The notes under the pieces are model-generated. The model was not told the DNA's origin. It saw only the letters and a program-made list of their open reading frames with translations, and ran no database searches. Source: a virus (Duplodnaviria; Heunggongvirae; Uroviricota; Caudoviricetes). From it: a stretch of 64,000 bases of DNA. Of this stretch, positions 38,412 through 48,921 are shown piece by piece. Position 1 is the stretch's first letter, and each line of letters opens with the position of its first letter. Location: positions 1 to 64,000 of the IMG/VR virus record IMGVR_UViG_3300045146_000225; one strand, 5' to 3'. Made by a program: the position numbers and the translations under genes.

Positions 38412-40928
38412 CTAGCTACCACACTTTGGGATACCGCAGTCCTTGCACAACAAGCAACCCTCCTGATAAATCAAGTTGGTGCTGCCGCAGTTATCGCACT
38501 TGTGCTTCTTGCCAGCCACCGTACCGTTCTTTATGTACGACTTCAAAGCCTTGACAACACCGAACTTCCACGTGGATATAGAATCGGAATCGAAGTGCAT
38601 GGACCAGACAAGGTCAACGACATCGGCAACAGGCATACCGTGCCTCAAAACACCAGAAATCAATCTGGCATAGTTCCAGTACACGCTGTCGAAAATCCTC
38701 GATATACCGTCTAACGTTGTCTTGTACCCCTGCTTGTCGGTGTACGTGAAATCATACCTTGACGTACCGTCTTCGAGCTTGACCTTTGTGATGACACCGT
38801 GCTTCACCGATGTCGGGATGTTCATGGTATCCTCGTCTATCTTACCGGTGAACACCTCGTACGGGTTGCCATCCTTGATACCGACGAACGCTATCCACTT
38901 CTCCTTGTTGTTGTTGAACCTGACGATATCGGCATCTAAAAACTTACCCCTCTTGATGACACTAACCTCGGTCTTCTTGGGTGTTTTATCCGAAATCAAC
39001 ACGCCGTCACGCGACCCCGCGCGGTATATGGTTATACCCTTGCACCCGTACTTCCAGCCAGCCTCGTATATGCTAGACACCGTCTCGACCGTTGTTTCCT
39101 CGGGAACGTTAACCGTGACGCTTATGGAGTGGTCGATATGCTTCTGTACCATACCCTGCATCTTTACCTTCGATGTCCAATCAACGTCAGCACTAGTCGC
39201 CTTGTAATATGGTGAGCCAGCAACAATAGCATCGAGTTCCTCCACAGACAACGAGTTTATCTTGTCCTCCGTGTAACCCTTTATCTTCATGTAATCCACG
39301 AACTTGTGGTGGAACACGTAGTACTCGCTGAACGCGTCACCAGTTGAATCCACGAAATCAACTCTCGTGCTCTTGTCGTTGGGGTTGATCTTGCGCCTGC
39401 GCTTGTAGTAAGGCAAGAAGCAAGGCTCGATACCCGATGATGTCTGTGTCATCAAGCTCAACGTCCCGGTAGGCGCACACGTCAACAAGCATATGTTCCT
39501 GCGACCGTACTTGACCATATCATTGTACAACCCCTCGTCCTCCTCGCGTATACGGGCGATGAACGGGTTGTTCTCCTCGCGCTTGGGGTCGTAAATCTTG
39601 AAACTACCCCTGTCCTTAGCCATATCAACTGAAGACCTGTAAGCCTCCAGCTTCATAACCCTGTGTATCTCCTCGGAGAAGTCGTTGGCTTCATCAGAAC
39701 CGTAGCGCAAGCCAAGAGCGGCAAGCATATCACCCTCGGCTGTTATACCGAATCCACTCCTGCGGATATTCGTGCATTTACCACGGATACCAACCCACAG
39801 CGAACGCTCGCATTCCTTCACTTGATTGCTCTCGGGGTCAGAATCTATCTTGGCTATGATCCTGTCAACCTTCTCCAGCTCCAAAGTTATGAGGTTATCG
39901 ATGAAACGCTGGCCCTTGAAGCAATGCTCCTTGAACAAGGACCAGTTGAACGTTGCCATATCGGTGAACGGGTCGTTAACATACGAGTAAAGGTTGATTG
40001 ACATCAGGATGCAACTAGAACCACCATCGAGAGGTATCTCGCCGCAAGGGTTGGTAGATATAGTCTTGTGACCGAGGTCGGCGTAGCAATCAGACACCGA
40101 TTCACGTATGATGGTATCCCAGAAAAGTATACCGGGTTCAGCCGACTTCCAAGCGTTGTACACTATCTTAGCCCACAGCTTGGACGCGTCTATATCCTTG
40201 ACAACAGACGGCGCGTCTGAATCAACAGGGAACTGCTGCGTGTACTTGTAGCCGTACAACGCCGCATTCATGAAATCATCGTCTATCTTAACCGATATGT
40301 TCGCACCGGTAACCTTGCCGTCAACCAGCTTGGCGTTTATGAAGTTCTCTGCTTCGGGGTGGCGGATACTTAGGCTCAACATCAAGGCGCCGCGCCTGCC
40401 ATCCTGCGCAACCTCTCTGGTCGTGTTACTGTACCTCTCCATGAACGGGACTATACCTGTCGATGTCAACGCGCTGTTCTTTACAGGCGAACCCTTCGGG
40501 CGTATGTGGCTCAAGTCAGTACCAACACCACCCCTGCGCTTCTGCAACTGCGCTATCATCTCGTCGACACGGAATATACCGCCGTAAGAATCAGACTTAC
40601 CCTCGTTACAAACCACGTAGCAGTTGGCGAGAGAAGTCACCTGCATATCGTTACCGATACCGGTCATACCACCACCACCGAAAACGAGGTACTTGAAGTT
40701 GGCGAGCAAAGCGTAGCACTCGTCAAGACCGATAGGGTTAGGGAACATGCTCTCCACGCGTGCCATTTCCCTGGCTATACGCCAATGCATGTCGTCCGGT
40801 GATTTCTCGTACAGATTACCATCGGAATCTTTCATGCAATACTTGTTTATCCATACGTCAGCGGCGAGAGTGTCATTGTTAAAATACGCGAGAGTCTCGC
40901 GCAATACTTCCTCGTGAGTGTAACTCAT
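38412..40928 (-). CDS. nrdJ: Ribonucleotide reductase, class II (adenosylcobalamin-dependent, NrdJ-like), monomeric type.
   Basis: No ATP-cone and no adjacent small subunit. Active-site NPCGEIPL. Gly-rich FGGGGMTGIG. C-terminal CDNCGS...CLLCKDCG Cys pairs. Confidence 0.7.
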   Translation of the reverse strand: MSYTHEEVLRETLAYFNNDTLAADVWINKYCMKDSDGNLYEKSPDDMHWRIAREMARVESMFPNPIGLDECYALLANFKYLVFGGGGMTGIGNDMQVTSLANCYVVCNEGKSDSYGGIFRVDEMIAQLQKRRGGVGTDLSHIRPKGSPVKNSALTSTGIVPFMERYSNTTREVAQDGRRGALMLSLSIRHPEAENFINAKLVDGKVTGANISVKIDDDFMNAALYGYKYTQQFPVDSDAPSVVKDIDASKLWAKIVYNAWKSAEPGILFWDTIIRESVSDCYADLGHKTISTNPCGEIPLDGGSSCILMSINLYSYVNDPFTDMATFNWSLFKEHCFKGQRFIDNLITLELEKVDRIIAKIDSDPESNQVKECERSLWVGIRGKCTNIRRSGFGITAEGDMLAALGLRYGSDEANDFSEEIHRVMKLEAYRSSVDMAKDRGSFKIYDPKREENNPFIARIREEDEGLYNDMVKYGRRNICLLTCAPTGTLSLMTQTSSGIEPCFLPYYKRRRKINPNDKSTRVDFVDSTGDAFSEYYVFHHKFVDYMKIKGYTEDKINSLSVEELDAIVAGSPYYKATSADVDWTSKVKMQGMVQKHIDHSISVTVNVPEETTVETVSSIYEAGWKYGCKGITIYRAGSRDGVLISDKTPKKTEVSVIKRGKFLDADIVRFNNNKEKWIAFVGIKDGNPYEVFTGKIDEDTMNIPTSVKHGVITKVKLEDGTSRYDFTYTDKQGYKTTLDGISRIFDSVYWNYARLISGVLRHGMPVADVVDLVWSMHFDSDSISTWKFGVVKALKSYIKNGTVAGKKHKCDNCGSTNLIYQEGCLLCKDCGIPKCGS

Positions 40929-41032
40929 ATTTACATTTTTTTAAATTAGAAAAGACAAAAATTCCCTCCAAAGTTACTAATTTAATAATAACTTCAAAAG
41001 AAATCTTTAAAAAATATAGGTTATTTATAATG

Positions 41033-41314
41033 TTACTTGACCTCTTCAGCCGGCAGGTTTACCTTCACGCGAGACACTATCATCAGGTAGTCCAACTGCG
41101 TCTTCTTGTTGAAATAATTGTTGATTAAATCGTTGACCGAATTGAAGTCAACGGTACCGTTCTTGAACTCCTCTATCTTTTTATCCATTTCCACTTTCGA
41201 CGACTCGGTCTCTGAACGCAAACGCTCTATGTCGGCATCTACCGTCTCTGGATTGTACTGGATGTCCGATTTGAAATCCTCTAAAAGCATATCCGATAAC
41301 GAAGGAACACGCAT
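41033..41314 (-). CDS. Hypothetical protein (93 aa).
   Basis: ORF. Confidence 0.4.
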   Translation of the reverse strand: MRVPSLSDMLLEDFKSDIQYNPETVDADIERLRSETESSKVEMDKKIEEFKNGTVDFNSVNDLINNYFNKKTQLDYLMIVSRVKVNLPAEEVK

Positions 41315-41383
41315 GGTGATTTGTATTTTAATTATTTATTCGAGTCGTGTGTATTGTGTACTGAAAGCACATACATGAACTAC

Positions 41384-41602
41384 TTATATACAAGTTGGAG
41401 AAACATTTTTTTCACAATTTATACACCAAGAAATTGATATTGTCACATCACATGCCATTATTCCAACATACACATTTCTTTCTGGTGATATTTGTACTTT
41501 ATCAAAGTTATTTTCATCTGTATCTGTTAAAATATATTTTAAACCACAACCCATACATAACAAAGTAGCAACACCATCGTGTTTTTCTAATAAGTTTTCC
41601 AT
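41384..41602 (-). CDS. Small Cys-rich protein (72 aa).
   Basis: ORF. CMGCG...CINCEK. Confidence 0.4.
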   Translation of the reverse strand: MENLLEKHDGVATLLCMGCGLKYILTDTDENNFDKVQISPERNVYVGIMACDVTISISWCINCEKNVSPTCI

Positions 41603-41673
41603 ATTTTTAAAGTTTACTTTATTAATACCAGCAACAACACCAAACCAATATCAAATGAAAACGACAACGAAAT

Positions 41674-41961
41674 TTACCAACAATTCACGAAACGAATTTT
41701 ATGCACATCATCAGGTATTTCGGAAACAATGATTTCATATACATCTGCATAATCTTCTGTGTATTTACTATACGGCACAGCAACCTCTATTTTTTCATAC
41801 AGTAAACACTTATCAACATATTTACTACCAAAATATTCTGCCGTTTCTTTTGGTAGTTCTGAAACACCAGCCTCAATACACGCAATTAAAACTTTCGAAT
41901 GTTTCTTGTATTTTATATCTTCGGATGAAACATAACCTTGGATTCTCGTTAACATTCCCAT
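41674..41961 (-). CDS. Hypothetical protein (95 aa).
   Basis: ORF. Confidence 0.4.
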   Translation of the reverse strand: MGMLTRIQGYVSSEDIKYKKHSKVLIACIEAGVSELPKETAEYFGSKYVDKCLLYEKIEVAVPYSKYTEDYADVYEIIVSEIPDDVHKIRFVNCW

Positions 41962-42013
41962 TTTATTATAGTTTTTTAAATTAATAATTACAAATATATG
42001 AACATATTAAACA

Positions 42014-42238
42014 TCATAATACAAAATCAAAGTGCGACAACCACACATTGTATTTTCCAGAAAACACCTGACCACATCCATCCACTTCCGTGACTTCAAT
42101 GAATCCATTTTCCATTGATTCAACCAAAGACTTTAAAATGCGAATCGAGTATATTGATTCATACACTGGCAAATCTTTTAAATCATCTTCGCTGTACAGA
42201 CTTTCGAGAGTCTCGTGTATTTTTAATCTAACTTTCAT
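42014..42238 (-). CDS. Hypothetical protein (74 aa).
   Basis: ORF. Confidence 0.4.
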   Translation of the reverse strand: MKVRLKIHETLESLYSEDDLKDLPVYESIYSIRILKSLVESMENGFIEVTEVDGCGQVFSGKYNVWLSHFDFVL

Positions 42239-42808
42239 GTTTATACGTGTATGTTAACTAATTGACATATGAACACAGAACTCTGTCTGCTATTAATCCG
42301 GATTCTATATTCACCAGTTGGTGTCCGTTTTAAGCCTTTAAGTTGGTTTCGCAACCACTCAGCACACGCATCAGATTTTCCCTGATTAAGGCAAAACATT
42401 ACTTATGACCACACCTTGAGAAATTGCGGTGAATCCACATCCCAATATTTTCAGGGCAAGGAATTGAAACACACCAGCGGAAATACGGAAACAAGCCGGT
42501 GACACCTACCCCCCAGTGCGTATCCGTAACAATTGAAACTTCAAAACACGGCTCATCAATCGTCCACATCGTGAAAAACAACCATCTGAACGAGAAACTG
42601 CTAGTGTTGTGTTCGTCAGCTTTACTGCACTCGACAACAGGCACCAGCGGGAAGATGTTCTTGTTGTACCACTTTTGAACTCTGTTGGTTCCAGAAGATG
42701 ATTGACACATTTTTGATAATAATTATATTTTATTATTTAATCACACATATTCATTTATATCTGAAACCATTATGTTGGTTAAACAAATTAGCAACTAAAC
42801 ATATCTAA

Positions 42809-43756
42809 TTAATTTGAAACGTGACTATCCACGAGCGACTTGAAAATGTGTGCTATTACATCGACAGTCCATCCGTTTCCAAGCATATTGTATCTTTCGG
42901 TATCCGTAACAACTCCAGTATAATTATCTGGCACAGTCTGTAATCTTTCAACTTCAACCGGTGTTAATCTTCTGTAATAACCAAGAACATCGAATATTTC
43001 AACTAACGCTTTTGGATAAAAATTCTTACCGGTGCTGTGTGCTAATTCAGTAGTTAATGTAGGTACTTTACCGGTCGCTTTATAACTTTTAGGTAAAAAC
43101 TTCATTAATGTTTCAACTCTTTCATCTTTAATGTTGTATTTAACATCCACGACTGGCTCTAATATATCTTTTAGCGTAACATTGGTTTTAGTTGGTTTAA
43201 CAACATTGGGTATATTTGTCCAATAATATCTCGGTCTATTCTGTGCTGTAATATCACCACTGCAAATGAACACAGGTTCAAGACCAATAGCATCACTCAA
43301 TACCTTTTTCCATTTATCGCTCATTTTAACGTTTTCCAATAAGAAATATCTTGGCTTTAAAATAGTCAAAGCATACATATATTCCCAAAACAAGTAGGAT
43401 TGCCCTTGAAATTCAAAACCATTATTCTTCAGCGATAGATAATGCTCCAATGTCAATATCTCAACATTATCTTTTGTCGTCATGCCATTTCGTTTACCAG
43501 CGAATGAAAAGGATTGACACGGACTCCCTCCGATTAATAAATCAATCTTGGGTAAATTATCGTAATTGATGTTCTTCACATCACCAAGCTGTATCGTTTT
43601 AGGATAATTGGATTGTGTTACCTTCATCGCTGGTTTGTTAATCTCACTCGCAAAATAGTTTTCGTATTCGATACCAACTCGATTAAGAGCTATTTGACCA
43701 CACGATTGCCCGTCAAACAAACTAAGCACATTCGTTATTTTTTCCATATTATACAA
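42809..43756 (-). CDS. DNA (cytosine-5) methyltransferase, the second one in the window.
   Basis: Motif I LFDGQSCG, motif IV GGSPCQSFSFAGKR, motif VI LLENV. Confidence 0.85.
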   Translation of the reverse strand: MYNMEKITNVLSLFDGQSCGQIALNRVGIEYENYFASEINKPAMKVTQSNYPKTIQLGDVKNINYDNLPKIDLLIGGSPCQSFSFAGKRNGMTTKDNVEILTLEHYLSLKNNGFEFQGQSYLFWEYMYALTILKPRYFLLENVKMSDKWKKVLSDAIGLEPVFICSGDITAQNRPRYYWTNIPNVVKPTKTNVTLKDILEPVVDVKYNIKDERVETLMKFLPKSYKATGKVPTLTTELAHSTGKNFYPKALVEIFDVLGYYRRLTPVEVERLQTVPDNYTGVVTDTERYNMLGNGWTVDVIAHIFKSLVDSHVSN

Positions 43757-44060
43757 CTTGCGTTTTACATATTTTTTTTGAAACGTAAACTATTAACCGT
43801 ATATTTTAGCAGAGAATGAAGCCCAGCAGCATGATAACTCACGTTATCTTTATAATTACCATTATGGTCTAAATCTCTAAAAAAAAATAATATCTCATTT
43901 TGAGAAAAATAACCACACTGCAAATATACAACAATAATTATAGGTAATAATAAGTTGTTATAATTATTTTTTTTATTAAAAAATAACATACTTTTGTTTC
44001 AAATTTCATCACCAATGATGATGTGTTAATCACACACAGGTAAGCAATACGAAACGGTAA

Positions 44061-44540
44061 TTGGTAGGACACTCGTTGATGAACTTGTCTGGGAAAAAAT
44101 CCAGTGAACATACCATACATATTAAACTTAACCAATTAAATAGCAACGAAATGGATTTACAAAAATTAAGGGACTGGTTCGATTCGGAAGAAGGTATAAA
44201 GCATATCACCGACATCAAAAACAAAAACAAGGTAGAAGCTAGACAACTAGAAAGACTATACGAGTCTGGATGTTTTGAAAAGTTAACAGAAAAAGCAATC
44301 GAAAAATATAACAGCAGCGAATACCGAGACAGATGGTACAATAGAGGTATCGCTCCACCAGAAGATTTGTTGTTTTTTCTTTTCGATTACGCAAAAAAAT
44401 ATGGGCGTGAATGCAGCGAGGAAGAATGGATTAAACATGGTAACGCATTCTTATCTGGTTTGTTCTTCTGCAACGGATATTACTTCAACATGATGAATGG
44501 TCAAGGTAGTGCCATCATAGTCACGAAATGTTCAATTTAA
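44061..44540 (+). CDS. Hypothetical protein. The start is possibly the ATG at 44150.
   Basis: ORF. Confidence 0.4.
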   Translation: MVGHSLMNLSGKKSSEHTIHIKLNQLNSNEMDLQKLRDWFDSEEGIKHITDIKNKNKVEARQLERLYESGCFEKLTEKAIEKYNSSEYRDRWYNRGIAPPEDLLFFLFDYAKKYGRECSEEEWIKHGNAFLSGLFFCNGYYFNMMNGQGSAIIVTKCSI

Positions 44541-44824
44541 CAGTTAATTTTTAATCAAAATGAATGCAGTAGAAAAATTACAAAAAAAATACGAAATAGG
44601 ACAAGCAATATTTAAACAATTATTTCAACTTAATGATGTTGATTTAAAAGAAAAACTAATTTCTATTACAGATGGAAATCATAAAAATATTCTAACAAAT
44701 AATTGCGATTGCGTAAGGACTATTCGTAATTCTGACCGTTTGATTTAAACCAGTTAACGATAAAACACAAAAAACCTCGCCGGACACATCACACGCCCAG
44801 CGAGGTAAAAAAAGAGAAAGGGGA

Positions 44825-46009
44825 TTACTTTAGAAAATCAAAGTACACTTGTTTCCCTATAACGTCAACATCGGTGACACACACCAGCTTGTAAACGTCG
44901 AGGTACTTCTTGATTGAATTGTGCGGGATGTTAAGGGTACACGCTGGTTTACCACCTGATAATATCACGAATTGCTGTGTTTTCTCGCTGTACTCGTAAT
45001 CGTACTCACCACCGACAAGCTTGTTCTTGTACTCCTGGTAACACAACGATGTCTGGTCAACGCTCTCAGCGTTTAAAGTAAGGTTTATCCTGTACTCGCC
45101 ATTATCTTTGATAGACACGTTCTTGATGTATATATCAACCTCGTCGCCTGACCTTAAATGCCTTGTTTCCTCATTGTAATCCTTGAAGTCGAACATGTGG
45201 ACAAGCCCGGTGAATATACCCTCGAACTCTATGAACAGACCTATCTTGCTCGGGTTACTCGTCAGCGTTCCACGGTATCGCTTACCGAACTCTAGGTTGT
45301 TGATTCTCTTGGGGATTTCATTCTTGATAAACTTCTTGTGGGAAACGACGAACAGGTTGGAGAACTTGTCGAAATTATCGACCATTACACTAACGGTCTT
45401 GCCTATGTACGACTCGAAATTGTATATCACGTTAGGTGCTGCGTGTGCACCAGGTAAGAAGCAATCGACGTTGGAGTTGTACTTTGCTATGAAACCACCC
45501 TTGACGAGTTCAACGATCTTGACATCGAACGGCGTATTCTCCTTGTGTAATTTACCTAACACGTCAAAAGATTCTACCTTCTGGTATTTCTTTATGGAAC
45601 CATAGATGGCACCGTTGGCGTTGAGCGTGGTTATAACTTTAAACGAAGTCCGTGACATCATGTCAACATCACTCGTTTTGAACTCGGAAAATGGTACGAT
45701 AACTAATGTTTTACTTGATAATTCCTCGCAATAAGCCATTTTATTATCAACATCGAGTTTTTTGATACTAACCGAGTAAATATCACCGGATACAAGATCC
45801 TTACTCGCGACATTTAAACAACCACTTACACGGTTGTACTTGTTGTATAATTCTTGAGCGTAACTTTCCTTGCACAGTATTCTTGTGTTGCTGTTATCAT
45901 CCTTATGTAATTTAACATTGGTATTATACTTACATTTAGGTTGGTCGAAAAGGTAATCAAATTGCGGGTCTGGTAAAACCAGAGTGAAACCGTTTTTAAA
46001 TTTAGCCAT
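44825..46009 (-). CDS. Protein with about four S1 (OB-fold) RNA-binding domains, resembling ribosomal protein bS1.
   Basis: GTLTSNPSKIGLFIEFEGIFTGLVHMFDF...LRSGDEVDIYIKNVSIKDNGEYRINLTL and three further G..V.G.V blocks. Confidence 0.45.
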   Translation of the reverse strand: MAKFKNGFTLVLPDPQFDYLFDQPKCKYNTNVKLHKDDNSNTRILCKESYAQELYNKYNRVSGCLNVASKDLVSGDIYSVSIKKLDVDNKMAYCEELSSKTLVIVPFSEFKTSDVDMMSRTSFKVITTLNANGAIYGSIKKYQKVESFDVLGKLHKENTPFDVKIVELVKGGFIAKYNSNVDCFLPGAHAAPNVIYNFESYIGKTVSVMVDNFDKFSNLFVVSHKKFIKNEIPKRINNLEFGKRYRGTLTSNPSKIGLFIEFEGIFTGLVHMFDFKDYNEETRHLRSGDEVDIYIKNVSIKDNGEYRINLTLNAESVDQTSLCYQEYKNKLVGGEYDYEYSEKTQQFVILSGGKPACTLNIPHNSIKKYLDVYKLVCVTDVDVIGKQVYFDFLK

Positions 46010-46077
46010 TTAAAAAGATTTAAAAATTAATACTAAATATTTAACGTTTTAATATATTAAATAATTATTTTTTCGAG

Positions 46078-46200
46078 AGTAAAATTTCACTTTTTAAACT
46101 AAAAAATTATTTTTTTGGAAGCAAAATTTCACTTTTTAAACTAAAAATTTATTTTTTTGAAAGTAAAATTTCACTTTTTTAAACTAAAAATTTATTTTTA
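46078..46200. repeat. 3 x 41-bp direct repeats (gtaaaatttcactttttaaactaaaaatttatttttttg).
   Basis: Seen directly in the sequence. Confidence 0.85.
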
Positions 46201-46467
46201 CACACAGGTACACATGCACACAGGTACACACACGTACATGCGCACACATGCACACACATGCACACACGTACATGCGCACACATGCACACACGTACATGCG
46301 CACACATGCGCACACGCATTTATATATAATACTAGTATTATATATAAATGTATATAAATATAATTAATATAATTAAATATAAATTAAATATAATAAGTAT
46401 AATAAGTATAAATTAAATATAATAAATATAATAAGTATAATAAGTATAATAAGTATAATATTCGCGC

Positions 46468-47070
46468 GCGGACGTACGTATGCAAGACGTGGTTTTTTTT
46501 TCGAGTTCGGTCATAAAACAAAAACCAAGAAACTACAAATAACAGCAGCATACATTCCTTTCGAACAGAAACGATGTTTTTTTCAATTCAAATACAAAAA
46601 CAGTACATTGACACGTCTTAATATGTTTTATTCGATTTAAACGCATTTATGAACGTCGGTTTTTTCGTGTTTTTGAAACCAACAAGATTTTTCACAAAAA
46701 AAACATGCCTCGCACACGCGGACGTACGTATGCAAGACGTGGTTTTTTTTTCGAGTTATTTTTCACAAAAAAAACATGCCTCGCACACGCGGACGTACGT
46801 ATGCAAGACGTGGTTTTTTTTTCGAGTTCGGTCATAAAACAAAAACCAAGAAACTACAAATAACAGCAGCATACATTCCTTTCGAACAGAAACGATGTTT
46901 TTTTCAATCCAAATACAAAAACAGTACATTGACACGTCTTGATGTGTTTTATTCGATTTAAACGCATTTATGAGCGTTTGTTTTTTTCGTGTTTTTGAAA
47001 AACCAACAAGATTTTTCACAAAAAAAAACATGCCTCGCACACGCGGACGTACGTATGCATGGCATGTTTT
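46468..47070. repeat. Two roughly 250-bp direct repeat units, each preceded by a GC-rich palindromic core and followed by A-run / hairpin / T-run elements.
   Basis: Spacing of core copies is 250, 71 and 254 bp. The units are more than 95 % identical. Confidence 0.85.
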
Positions 47071-47319
47071 TTCCGTTATTTTAAAAACTATTGGAATTTA
47101 ACAACGACCCAAAATGGAATGTATGTAACTTAACGATGGTTTCTTGTGCGTATCAAAAAAACAAGTTTTCTTACCCTAAATGCGAGTGTAGCGTGAATTT
47201 CTACACGAGAGATGCCGTTTCTTTCCTGTGCGAGAATAAACGTAACAAATTGACAACCACTTGTTAAAAAAAACAAAAATATATTTAATTGCATTTAGCA
47301 TTTTTTAATAAAAAAGTAG

Positions 47320-47327
47320 TATATTTG
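47320..47327 (+). promoter_or_regulatory. TATATTTG box for the helicase gene.
   Basis: aaaaagtagtatatttgcag. Confidence 0.5.
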
Positions 47328-47383
47328 CAGTAGCAAAATATACAATCAAATTGTTTGAGTTCAACGTCATAGCGAATTGCCAG

Positions 47384-48910
47384 ATGATCCAATGCGTCAA
47401 AGCCCCTTCCGAGAAGGAATACAAGGCTTTGAAGAAGCATTTCAGCCTTAGACAGAAGGGGTATTTCCTTAAACCTGCGTTCAGGAAAGGTTTCTGGGAC
47501 GGGTACGACCACTTCTTCAACGACGTTTACCTACCGATAGGGTTGTGGGGCGAGTTGCAGGATTACGTGGTATCGAACGGGTACGATTTCAACATAAACG
47601 GGCTAGACAAGTTCTTGAACTTCACCCTCGATAGGGATATGGTGTTTGATTTCATAGCAACTTTGTTTGAGAACACGGGTATAAACCCTAGGTGGTACCA
47701 GTACGAGTCGATTTACAGGATTTTGAAGTACAGGTACTCTGCGCAGCAGCTATCAACATCTTCCGGCAAGACGATGATATCTTTCGCCGTGTACGCTTAC
47801 CTTAAACACACAGGTGCGGTTGACAAGAATAACAAGTTCCTTATGATTGTGCCTAGGAGCGGGCTTGTGAAGCAGACTTACGAGAAGTTCATAGGCGGTT
47901 ACGACAACGGGACCGTAAAGGTCGAGGCGATGATGGTAGGTGGTGGCGTGAAGTTCGACATCGACATGTTCAACAATTGCGATTGCGTCATCTCGACGTA
48001 CCAGTCGTTGAACAACCTGCCGTTATCCTTGTTCTCGAAGGTCAAGACCATAAACGTGGACGAGGCTCATACTGCCAAGACGGAATCAATATGCAGTATA
48101 ATAAAGGCAAGTACGCCGCTGAGGTACAGGTTCGGGTGTTCTGGTACTCTCGTCGAGGCACGTGGGTATTCTGAATATTACAAGAACCTCGAGCAGCTTG
48201 GGCCGCTCACTATGGTCTACGACGCGAAGGACTTGATTGATGATGGTTACGCGCCGAACGTTAAAATAATCCAGCTTCACCTCGATTATTCGAGGAGGAT
48301 GCAGGAGGGTAACATCTCGGGGTACATGGAGTACAGGAGAAAGAAGCCGAGCCCCAACACTGACGAGGAGCTGATTTACTTCAAGTCGTTGTACACCATA
48401 GAGCGCGACATGATATTGAACGACGAGATAAGGTTCAACGCTATAATGAATTATGTCATGGGGTTGGACAAGAACACGCTCATACTTTTCAATGATGTCA
48501 AGAACGAACACGGCGTCAGGATATGCCAGTACTTGGGTGACCGAGGTGTCACGTGCGATTACATAGACGGTGGTACTAAGAACTCGGACAGGGAACTTTA
48601 CATATCAAAGATAGAGGGCAGTAGCAAGATGATGCTCGTCGCATCGTACGGCACGTTCTCGACAGGTATAGACTTGAAGAACGTGCATTACATAGTTGAG
48701 ATGGAATCGTTCAAGTCACCAACGCTCATAGGCCAGAGCATAGGGCGCGGCTTACGTGAGTTCAAGGGCAAGAAGGAGGTCGTTATCATAGACGTTATCG
48801 ATGGGCTGTACAAGCATACTGTTAACCAGAGCAAGGATAGGGAGAAGCTGTACAACAAGCAGGATTACTCGATAGAGAGGGTGGATATCGTGCTTGATGT
48901 GAAAAATTAA
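47384..48910 (+). CDS. SF2 DEAH-box DNA helicase (UvsW-like role suggested by context). The ORF track uses a TTG at 47351; the ATG at 47384 is the more likely start.
   Basis: Walker A SSGKTMISFAVYAY. Motif II INVDEAHTAK. Motif VI-like GQSIGRGLR. Confidence 0.75.
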   Translation: MIQCVKAPSEKEYKALKKHFSLRQKGYFLKPAFRKGFWDGYDHFFNDVYLPIGLWGELQDYVVSNGYDFNINGLDKFLNFTLDRDMVFDFIATLFENTGINPRWYQYESIYRILKYRYSAQQLSTSSGKTMISFAVYAYLKHTGAVDKNNKFLMIVPRSGLVKQTYEKFIGGYDNGTVKVEAMMVGGGVKFDIDMFNNCDCVISTYQSLNNLPLSLFSKVKTINVDEAHTAKTESICSIIKASTPLRYRFGCSGTLVEARGYSEYYKNLEQLGPLTMVYDAKDLIDDGYAPNVKIIQLHLDYSRRMQEGNISGYMEYRRKKPSPNTDEELIYFKSLYTIERDMILNDEIRFNAIMNYVMGLDKNTLILFNDVKNEHGVRICQYLGDRGVTCDYIDGGTKNSDRELYISKIEGSSKMMLVASYGTFSTGIDLKNVHYIVEMESFKSPTLIGQSIGRGLREFKGKKEVVIIDVIDGLYKHTVNQSKDREKLYNKQDYSIERVDIVLDVKN

Positions 48911-48921
48911 ATGTCGATGAT

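Larger units (their letters stand above)
46020..47350. promoter_or_regulatory. Candidate replication origin and control region. It is 1.3 kb of non-coding sequence between divergent genes.
   Basis: Contains, in order: 3 x 41-bp direct repeats (46078-46200); imperfect CA repeats (46201-46320); a 26-bp AT palindrome and ATAATAAGT repeats (46321-46460); and the core gcggacgtacgtatgcaagacgtgg at 46468, 46718, 46789 and 47043, defining two roughly 250-bp units plus a 71-bp mini-unit. Confidence 0.45.

Noticed and set aside
42399-42710. 103-aa ORF rich in Trp and Cys (MCQSSSGTNRVQKW...)
   Set aside because: The composition is odd and the region 42240-42720 has mixed base composition. It may be non-coding or structured RNA rather than a protein. 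It was left out of the feature list.
46157-46357. ORF MKVKFHFFKLKIYFYTQVHMHTGTHTYMRTHAHTCTHVHAHTC...
   Set aside because: It is a translation artefact of the (CACACRTR)n repeat. It has no codon structure and lies inside the candidate origin.
46321-46460. Possible CRISPR-like array (ATAATAAGT repeats)
   Set aside because: The repeats are 9 bp, AT-only, with no unique spacers of uniform length. It reads as an unwinding-element-like AT repeat, not CRISPR.
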